A stretch of DNA of 64,000 nucleotides from Verrucomicrobiales bacterium (GTDB taxonomy: Bacteria; Verrucomicrobiota; Verrucomicrobiia; Verrucomicrobiales; V1-33): positions 32,001 to 96,000 of the forward strand of contig JANOAV010000037.1 of the NCBI GenBank assembly GCA_031411295.1. Direction: 5' to 3'. Shown here one piece after another: positions 21,001-27,522 of the stretch (positions within the stretch are counted from its first letter, which is position 1; each line of letters begins with the position of its first letter). A program made the translations under genes and the position numbers. The notes under the pieces were generated by a model that was not told the DNA's origin, did no database searches, and worked only from the letters and a program-made list of their open reading frames with translations.

Positions 21001-21123
21001 GTAGGTGCGCAGGAGTCCCTGAACAGGTTGGGGAGTCGCGAGGGCATTAGGGCTCTCGCCAGCGCCCAAAGCAGAGGCAATCGCAGTGAAGACCAGGATG
21101 ACTGAAGCGGGCAGGAGTTTCAA
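18085..21123 (-). CDS. DUF1588/DUF1592-family cytochrome c protein, copy B
   Basis: CYDCH and CWKCH heme motifs; RKGMLTHPAWL; paralog of copy A. The TTG start overlaps the TGA of the upstream gene. Confidence 0.9.
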   Translation of the reverse strand: MKLLPASVILVFTAIASALGAGESPNALATPQPVQGLLRTYCYDCHDADAQKGEVRLDNLPSLTLEARLDLLNRAQEQIFLGEMPPKKKTQPSEAERGVLTEWVGKELRAHNASKLEDKLRMPEYGNVVDYNKLFSGKYKDLPGFTPDRRWLISEFIFDAKFNKLLDYVGQRDIDGKRQQVIGDNGRNGVRVNLTNPFLLPTHSGVRYYDTTTLDGGHLLTMITNAKEVSAYLISLAKKKTYLPALTAIMAPEWEHEKTLVARETYLNTNIEQLLRDLFKEKHETLLPKFVASKWEAPPVAKGPDGKPLKKPVFDTAKPSNDELSEIWAILRRNFKDGESEDALIIKCERDWFQFGVNERTIQTRIAFMHGYLEDLLKRQPQPNTATPKPPADAELAVMRTALLKHRQAGDTYSAVIAKCVSEWSDGFRGEREKTKTTDEAIDKLVDQLFTKIIERAPTSQEKAEYTTLTKSYFQKIGNELAIDKLIQTLILRTDFVYRQEFGERTADEHGRKMLSPRDASYALAYALTDSSPDKELATAASSGKLNTREDYRREVERMLQVRSQYYVVDEAVEKLGSDSFTNLPIRKLRFFREFFGYPSMLAIFKDNKRFGGNYVNTAGQIVSEADMLVELIVKNDQHVLEHLLTTEEFFVYHSGDNAKMTTATELIRKIYEYFKDKDWQSFDAEKLKPHIPFLKENPMPGLNLDAIGKVGGRSDQVKIFQGMMTDYTQRLGKGPTVTAPFSSVFGVPSAAKTRTGKNLGGSEVAKSFNLDMTNWNYPATQPAKMEHRKGMLTHPAWLIAFAGNTATDPIRRGKWVREKLLAGTIPDVPVTVDAVIPEDHHKTLRQRLDKVTQAEYCWKCHERMNPLGTTFEMYDDFGRFRTEESLEHPDNLVKKMPEKGPPQADLRDLYKTLPVNAVGRLEGTGDPALDGDLSNALDLAERLGKSTKVRQSIIRHAFRYFLGRNEVLSDSKTLMDADQAYLQSGGSFDAVIVSLLTSDSFIYRKPATINK

Positions 21124-21860
21124 TTTTTGACAGCTGTTTTGACGGATGGAAATCCAGGTAGTGGGCCCCAGATTTCAGCGAGCAGCGCGAAGATTTCCGG
21201 CTCAGCCTCCATGAGTTCACCGGTCACGAAGGGGTAAAAATCATTCGAGCCGAAGTAAGCTTCCGTCATTTCGGCAAAGAACTCCTTTTGGTCTGTCAGC
21301 CCATAGTGTTCGCGCATTTTGCCAAGGCTGGTGCGGACAGACTTGTATTTCCCGCTCTGGCAGAATTTCTTCCAAGCCGCAGTCACGCGGGCATCCTCGA
21401 AACCAATCGTTTGATCATGAAAGCCATGGGCAAGTTCGTGCAGCACCACCCAGGGCATGCGAAGATTTTCTTCAGGGGAAAGGAAATCTTCCACATTCGG
21501 AATGTGAACGCACTTCGCCAGCTTCTCGCTATAACCCTTCTCCTTGAGCCAGTCGGCGTCGGGATGATACTGCATGCCGTCCAGGGCACCATAGTTCAGA
21601 TCGAGTTCGATGGGGATCGCCCGTAACTTTGCGAGCGATTTTTCAGGCACGACGGTGGTGATCGCGACGAGGCGTGCCTGCAGCAGTTTCAGTGCGCGTT
21701 CACCCACCGCCGCACTTTCCCCGTGCAGCAGGCGATCATCCACGCGCACGGTCCAGCCTTCGATGTTGCGGATGGTATGAGCCGTCGGCAGCGGAGTTTT
21801 GTCCGCCGCAAACAGGGCGACCGCCAGTAGGGTGAGGAGGGAGGTGAGAATAGATTTCAT
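21120..21860 (-). CDS. Secreted zinc metallopeptidase (HExxH, M90/anthrax-LF-like)
   Basis: VLHELAHGFH plus EFFAEMTEAYF; signal peptide. Confidence 0.85.
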   Translation of the reverse strand: MKSILTSLLTLLAVALFAADKTPLPTAHTIRNIEGWTVRVDDRLLHGESAAVGERALKLLQARLVAITTVVPEKSLAKLRAIPIELDLNYGALDGMQYHPDADWLKEKGYSEKLAKCVHIPNVEDFLSPEENLRMPWVVLHELAHGFHDQTIGFEDARVTAAWKKFCQSGKYKSVRTSLGKMREHYGLTDQKEFFAEMTEAYFGSNDFYPFVTGELMEAEPEIFALLAEIWGPLPGFPSVKTAVKN

Positions 21861-21920
21861 GGTTGGATCAGCGGCAACGATTGCCTGAGGCATTCCGCTG
21901 ACAGCAGAGTCAAAGTTAGC

Positions 21921-22655
21921 TTAAGGCTTCGCAAGTTTCAGATACTCGACGGCGTAGCGCTGGCCGAACTTGCGGGCATCGGGAGCATCGAAGTGGAGGG
22001 CTTTTTTTCCTAATCCATCCGCGCTGACCAAGCCGCAGAGGGGGATCTTTTTCGATGCGACGGCCAGCGATTCATTGATGGAGTCGTTGGTTTTATAACC
22101 GTGAATCAATTCGCCCAGCACCACCGGAACCTGCTCTGCCTGAAGCTCCTTGCGCAATTGGCCGATCATGACATCAAGCCGCTCCGCATAGCTTGCTACC
22201 TTATCCGGGCTGCCACTATCGGATTCGCCCTGATGCCAGAGGATGCCAGCGAGCTTGCCGTGCTTCATGGCTTCCTTGGTGCGAGCAACGGCCGCGTTGT
22301 TGAGAGCACCTCCCTGCTTCCACTGATCCAAGCTGGTGCTGCCGACCGCACAGGGGATAAGTCCGATGGATGCATTCGGATTGGCCTTAAGGATCTCCCG
22401 CGCAAACTCCGAGCCGGGGCCGACTCCGGCAGCCCCCGGTTTGTCGAAGTGCAGCGGGTCCTTGGCAGGCACCCATTGCAGATCCTTGGTGAGCATAAAG
22501 ATATGGGGATTCGCCACCTGATCCTGCGGCTCGACCTTGCCGCGTCCTGCCATGTTGGACTGTCCGATCAGTAAGTAAAGTTTCATCTGCGCTGGCGCGG
22601 GATCAGCGAAAGCGGGGAGGCACATTAGGGCGAGCAGAAGCAGCGCGAATTTCAT
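21921..22655 (-). CDS. SASA / CE6-like acetyl esterase
   Basis: GQSNMAGRG, PLHFDKP, GILWHQGESD and LHFD motifs; signal peptide. Confidence 0.92.
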   Translation of the reverse strand: MKFALLLLALMCLPAFADPAPAQMKLYLLIGQSNMAGRGKVEPQDQVANPHIFMLTKDLQWVPAKDPLHFDKPGAAGVGPGSEFAREILKANPNASIGLIPCAVGSTSLDQWKQGGALNNAAVARTKEAMKHGKLAGILWHQGESDSGSPDKVASYAERLDVMIGQLRKELQAEQVPVVLGELIHGYKTNDSINESLAVASKKIPLCGLVSADGLGKKALHFDAPDARKFGQRYAVEYLKLAKP

Positions 22656-22812
22656 GGAATAGGAAGGGTTGGCAGGCGACGAGTCGGATCGCTGGATTGC
22701 GGGCAAGTTATGCGTCAGAAGTTGAATCGTCCAGGGCTGATGGTGGTGGAATCAATCCCGAAGTGACTACAAGAGGTATTCGCGTTCATAATGGGTGAAT
22801 TCAAAAGAATGC

Positions 22813-22898
22813 GGAGCAGCCCGCTGGGCTGATCTGGAAAAGTTGAGTATTCCACTTGATGGGCCCTCCTTATGAAAGCAGTCCAGCGGACTGCTTAC
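22813..22898. repeat. REP-like doublet (two related hairpins in inverted orientation)
   Basis: GGAG-CAGCCC-GCT-GGGCTG (22813-22831) and AAGCAGTCC-AGC-GGACTGCTT (22876-22896); the reverse complement of the second is GTAAGCAGTCC-GCT-GGACTGC. Confidence 0.55.
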
Positions 22899-22939
22899 AC
22901 ATTCGCTCGAAATCACCTGTTTCCCAAATCCCACGGATG

Positions 22940-23812
22940 CTAAGTTGGGCTGGCGACCAAGCGGGCCGCCGCGCGTTCCCGCCTGACGGTGGACCAGGCT
23001 TCGGTAATCTCCGCCCCGGTTAGCAAAATGATGGCCGAATAATAAACCCACATCAGGAAAACCATGAGTGAGCCCGCGGCCCCATAAGTGCTAGTGAACG
23101 TTTCTCGTCCCAGATACCAACTCAGCGCCAGTTTGCCAGCTTCGAATAAGATACCGGTGAACAGGGCTCCGGCCCAGACGTCTTTCCAGGGAAATTTTAC
23201 GTGGGTCAGGCCGCGAAAGACGAGCGCAAACAGGATGACTTCCAGCAGGGCGCTGGAGGCCACGCCAGTCCAAGCCCAGACGTCCACCGGAAGTTCCAGC
23301 ATACCACCAAGCCAGCCATGCAGCGCATGAAACAAGGTGCCGAGCACGAGGGAGGTCATCAGCAGGAAGCCAATCACCAAGACCATTCCCAGCGAGAGCA
23401 GGCGCACGCGGATCAGGTGCTTCCAGCCGGAAATTTTCTTCGCTGGAGCGGGCGTGGATTCGTGCCAGATCGTGTTCAGGCAGGAGGTGAGTTCGGTAAA
23501 TAAACTGGTGGCTCCAAAAACGAGCGTCGCAATGCCGATGATGGTAGCCCACATGCTGTGTTGCGGATGCGCTGCGCTTTCGATCATGCTGTCGATGGTG
23601 GCGGCGGCATTGGGTCCAATGGTGCTGAAGAGTTGCTTGTCCAATTCGACGCGCACCGCTTCCTTGCTAAAAACCGCGCCCGCAATCGACGTGGCCAGCA
23701 TTAGCAACGGAGCGATGGAGAACATGGCGTAGTAAGCCAGCGCAGCCGCCAGCCGAGGCACGTCATCCGCCAGCCAACCGTTCACGGCTTTGGAGAAGAC
23801 CTGCAGGACCAT
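22940..23812 (-). CDS. YihY/virulence factor BrkB family membrane protein
   Basis: AAALAYYAMFSIAPLL and STYGAAGSLMVFLMWVYYSAIILLTGAE; multiple TM segments. Confidence 0.93.
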   Translation of the reverse strand: MVLQVFSKAVNGWLADDVPRLAAALAYYAMFSIAPLLMLATSIAGAVFSKEAVRVELDKQLFSTIGPNAAATIDSMIESAAHPQHSMWATIIGIATLVFGATSLFTELTSCLNTIWHESTPAPAKKISGWKHLIRVRLLSLGMVLVIGFLLMTSLVLGTLFHALHGWLGGMLELPVDVWAWTGVASSALLEVILFALVFRGLTHVKFPWKDVWAGALFTGILFEAGKLALSWYLGRETFTSTYGAAGSLMVFLMWVYYSAIILLTGAEITEAWSTVRRERAAARLVASPT

Positions 23813-23867
23813 CAGGCGTTTTGTGATTTTGGCAGGGAGCGTGGAAATAAGCCTGACTATAAAAAAG

Positions 23868-24356
23868 TTACGATTGCAGCACCACCTTGATTTTCCCTGC
23901 CTTCATGCCGGCACCGGGCAGCGCATCGGATAGCGTGGTCATGGGGACTGGCGGGGCGGTTGGCGTTGGTGGGGTGGGTGCTAGATTCCCGGAGTCGGCC
24001 TCCAAGGCGGCTCGCAGGGCTCCTTCCACCATTTGACCACAATGAATTTTCATGGGCGGCAGCGCGCCCATGGGGCCATTGAGATCCTCGGCGGTCAGTT
24101 GCCGGGCTTCTTCCAGCGATTTTCCCTTCAGTAATTCCGTCGCCACACTGGCGACGGCTATGGCGGTCTGACAGCCGAAACTCTGGAAGCTGGCCCGATC
24201 GATCACCTTCTGCCCGTCTTTATCTGTAAATTTTAACCACAAGCGCACCATGTCGCCACAGTCAGCGCTGCCCATCGTGCCCACGGCATCGGCGTCCGTC
24301 ATTTCGCCCATGTTCTGGGGATTCGCGATCGCATCGCGCATAATTTCTTCGTTCAT
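23868..24356 (-). CDS. IscU/NifU-N-type Fe-S cluster assembly scaffold
   Basis: CGD, SFGC and LPPMKIHC conserved Cys motifs. Confidence 0.9.
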   Translation of the reverse strand: MNEEIMRDAIANPQNMGEMTDADAVGTMGSADCGDMVRLWLKFTDKDGQKVIDRASFQSFGCQTAIAVASVATELLKGKSLEEARQLTAEDLNGPMGALPPMKIHCGQMVEGALRAALEADSGNLAPTPPTPTAPPVPMTTLSDALPGAGMKAGKIKVVLQS

Positions 24357-24387
24357 TTTTTGCTTTCTCTTTTATTTTCTAACTCAC

Positions 24388-24948
24388 TCACTCCATCTCC
24401 AAATTGTAGCGCGGCACGGACTGGTCGATGTCGCAGCTCCAGGCGTCGATCCCGCCCGCCAGGCATTTGGTATTCGTGAACCCGTGACCGATGAAGTAGG
24501 CGGCCAGATCCAGGCTGCGATCTCCCTTGTGGCAGTAGAGCACGAGGGCCGTGTCCTTGGCGGCGGTGGCGAAGAGTTGCTGCATCAGTTCCTGCGTCAT
24601 GAAAGTATCGCCCGCCAGATGCACGGCCTCGTGTTCCTCCCGGCTGCGGACGTCCAGGAGTTGTGGCGGGGTCTGGGTTTGCATCATTTCCGCCAGCGCT
24701 GGCGGGGATAGTTGCATCTGGGCATCGTTATCCCGACTGGCCTCCAAGTGGGCCACCACCAGGGTGGGATCCAGTTGCTCGTTGCGCTCACAGACTTGGG
24801 CCAACGTCTCGGTATCGGCAAAGCCACAACTGCGGCAGCCGCCGATGTGGTATTTGGCAAAGAGGGCGCGTCGAGCCCCGGCATACGTGGCAAGCACGTC
24901 GGCCATGGTCATGTCGGGGGTGATTTTAGGTGGGAGTAGAGCGGACAT
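24388..24948 (-). CDS. DUF1858-like CxxC domain fused to rhodanese domain
   Basis: ITPDMTMADVL..GGCRSC..ETLAQVC N-terminal domain; LLDVRSREEH, YCHKGDRS and LAGGIDAW rhodanese motifs. Confidence 0.85.
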   Translation of the reverse strand: MSALLPPKITPDMTMADVLATYAGARRALFAKYHIGGCRSCGFADTETLAQVCERNEQLDPTLVVAHLEASRDNDAQMQLSPPALAEMMQTQTPPQLLDVRSREEHEAVHLAGDTFMTQELMQQLFATAAKDTALVLYCHKGDRSLDLAAYFIGHGFTNTKCLAGGIDAWSCDIDQSVPRYNLEME

Positions 24949-25044
24949 TGGGAAAAGAGAATCTGCTAAAAAGGGACTTTCCAATCAGCGGAGAGAACCT
25001 AGGATAATTCGCAATCTCAAAACCGAAATCGAAAATATCATCCG

Positions 25045-25899
25045 ATGGCAGCTCCTTCCAACTCTCCCAAAATCTATCTTTGGCCCAATCTCATGACGGC
25101 CGGGAACCTGTTCTGTGGATTCTGTGCCATCATGAACATCCTGACTTACTGGATGGAGGAAGGTAAAGCCACTAGCGTTCCCACCTACGCCCACTATTAC
25201 TGGGCCATCGGCTTGATTCTCGGGGCCTGCCTGTTCGACGCGCTGGATGGCCGCATTGCGCGCATGGTCGGGGAGGAATCGCCCTTCGGACGTGAGTTCG
25301 ACTCACTGGCCGATACGGTTTCCTTCGGGGTTGCTCCAGCCTTGTTAGTGCACGATGTCGTGCTGCGGGATATCAAAGGGGACCACATCGGGTGGTTCAT
25401 TTCCTTCTTCTACCTGCTCTGCGGCACCATGCGCTTGGCACGATTCAATTGCACTGCTGCGGCTGGTCCTAGTGCTGGGGCCTCCAAGGATTTCCAAGGG
25501 TGTCCCATTCCTGCGGCCGCGGGTGTCATCAGTTCGCTGACATTGCTGCTACTTGATCTTTATGAGAAAGAACAGCAAATCGGAGCCTGGAAATATGCCC
25601 TCGTGGTGGTCATGATTATCCTCAGCCTGTTGATGTTCAGCAGCGTGCCCTACCCAAGCTTCAAGGGCCTCGGTTGGAAAACCAAGCGTTCCTTCCCCTG
25701 GGTTCTCGGAGCCATGCTCGTGCTCATGCTGGTCGTGTGGAAACCCAAAATCATGTTCCCCACCCTCTTCCTGGGGTATCTTTTCTACGGACTCATTCGC
25801 CCATGGGTCTCCAAGCGCTGGATCAAGGAGATCGAGGAAGATGAAGACGAGGAGGAGGTGCAACCCGCCGGACCGACTTCGGGTAATCCCTTGCCGTAG
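25045..25899 (+). CDS. pssA: CDP-diacylglycerol--serine O-phosphatidyltransferase
   Basis: PNLMTAGNLFCG, DALDGRIAR, GREFDSLADTVSFGVAP and RLARFN motifs. Confidence 0.92.
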   Translation: MAAPSNSPKIYLWPNLMTAGNLFCGFCAIMNILTYWMEEGKATSVPTYAHYYWAIGLILGACLFDALDGRIARMVGEESPFGREFDSLADTVSFGVAPALLVHDVVLRDIKGDHIGWFISFFYLLCGTMRLARFNCTAAAGPSAGASKDFQGCPIPAAAGVISSLTLLLLDLYEKEQQIGAWKYALVVVMIILSLLMFSSVPYPSFKGLGWKTKRSFPWVLGAMLVLMLVVWKPKIMFPTLFLGYLFYGLIRPWVSKRWIKEIEEDEDEEEVQPAGPTSGNPLP

Positions 25900-26012
25900 G
25901 CGCATCACGCTGAGACGCGTTGGCAGGAAAAAGTTCGCAACCTTGCCGCCCGTGAGCGGTTCAAGCATTGAAGCGATTTCTTCAGTCGTCTTCCAATACT
26001 ATTGATTGAGCC

Positions 26013-27413
26013 ATGAATTTCAAATTTGCCCCGCTTGCCGCTGCCGTCACTGCCGTTTTAGGAATCGGTTGGCTCCTGGCCTCCTCTGGCACCACCCCAC
26101 CGACCGTAGTGCCCTCGGCGGTCAATGGTATCCCGGTGGTCGAGCACGTAATTTACCTCTCGGTGGATGCCCTGCGTGGAGATGCTCTGGAAACGATTCT
26201 GAATACCCGGCCCACGCAATATCCCAGTTTCAAGCGGTTGCGGGACGGCGGGGCCGCAACTTTTCGAGCGCGGACGGATTATGGGTTCACCGAGACCATC
26301 CCGAACCACTCGACCATGGTCACAGGGCGGCCCGTTTACGAACCAGGGACGACCACCCAAGCAGGGATCATCGGACATGGGCAAATTAATAACACCGGTG
26401 CCGGGGTCACGGGGGTTACCAGTGTCATTCACAGGTTGGGCGGCAATGGCGCGGCTTCCACTTATAAAAGCAGTGTCTTCGATGTGGTGCACGAATCCGG
26501 GCGCCCGACCGCTTTCTTCTTCAGCAAGGACCGGATTTTTTTCCTGGTCCGAAGTTACGATAGCACTTATGGAGCGGACAGCACCGGAGTGCCAGGGGTC
26601 GTGAATCCTGCGAAAAATAAAATCGACCGTGCCTCCCCTAGCACCGGTTTCCCCGCCAACGCTTCCGCAGTGGGGGAGGTCTTCGTGACCGACGCCAACA
26701 CGAACGGGTTGGCGGCCTTCACGATGCTGCATTTCATTGATCCAGATACCTCGGTCCACAGCACTGCGCTCACGACGACCACCCCGCCTGCCGCCCTTTC
26801 CAGCTATGAGAGCGCCATCCTGGCTTGCGACACCAGTCTGGGAAAAATTTTCGCTTGGTTGGACTCGCATCCAGCGGATAAAGCCTGCACCACCCTTATT
26901 GTTTCAGGGGATCATGGGGGCATCGGCGGTGTTACCAATCCTCACGGAGACGCCACCCGGGTGGAGAATTTCACCATTCCCTTCTTCATGACGGGGCCGG
27001 GCTTTGCCGCAGGATCCAACACTTACCAATATTTCACCAACCGCACTGATCCGGGGACGGTGCGCTCACCAGACCTTCTAACCACGCTGCCGAATCCACC
27101 TCTCCGCAATGGCGACATGGCCAACCTAGCCACCACGCTGCTTGGACTGCCAACGGTTCCTGGTTCCTATTTCAAGCCGCTGCTCATCAACCCGGACACC
27201 ACCAGCATTATTTCCATCACGCCCACCGCTGGCGGATCCCACGAAGTGAAATGGCCGCTCTCCGCCACCGGTTATCGTTTGGAAACCACCACCAATTTGC
27301 AGGCTGGGCCGTGGACCCTGGTGAACACCTCCCTCACCGCCACGCCCGATTCCAACGTGCACACGGTTACTCCCTCCGCTGCCAAAGCCTTCTTCCGATT
27401 GAAGAAAATGTAG
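26013..27413 (+). CDS. Secreted alkaline-phosphatase-superfamily (type I phosphodiesterase) protein with C-terminal 'FFRL' module
   Basis: SVDALRGD, TETIPNH (nucleophile Thr), DPDTSVH and GDHGG motifs; C-terminal YRLETTTNL..W..FFRL. Confidence 0.85.
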   Translation: MNFKFAPLAAAVTAVLGIGWLLASSGTTPPTVVPSAVNGIPVVEHVIYLSVDALRGDALETILNTRPTQYPSFKRLRDGGAATFRARTDYGFTETIPNHSTMVTGRPVYEPGTTTQAGIIGHGQINNTGAGVTGVTSVIHRLGGNGAASTYKSSVFDVVHESGRPTAFFFSKDRIFFLVRSYDSTYGADSTGVPGVVNPAKNKIDRASPSTGFPANASAVGEVFVTDANTNGLAAFTMLHFIDPDTSVHSTALTTTTPPAALSSYESAILACDTSLGKIFAWLDSHPADKACTTLIVSGDHGGIGGVTNPHGDATRVENFTIPFFMTGPGFAAGSNTYQYFTNRTDPGTVRSPDLLTTLPNPPLRNGDMANLATTLLGLPTVPGSYFKPLLINPDTTSIISITPTAGGSHEVKWPLSATGYRLETTTNLQAGPWTLVNTSLTATPDSNVHTVTPSAAKAFFRLKKM

Positions 27414-27522
27414 CGTCGCGCGGATGCGCTCAGGCGCTCAGGACACGGTCGCCTCAGCGCCAACCGCGTTCAGTGATGGCATTCTAATTGACCGACTTCG
27501 GCCGCCGCGCATGATCGTGGTC

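Noticed and set aside
22767..22810. FEFTHYEREYLL, resembling the C-terminus of IS200-type TnpA
   Set aside because: Too short, and no HUH motif upstream.
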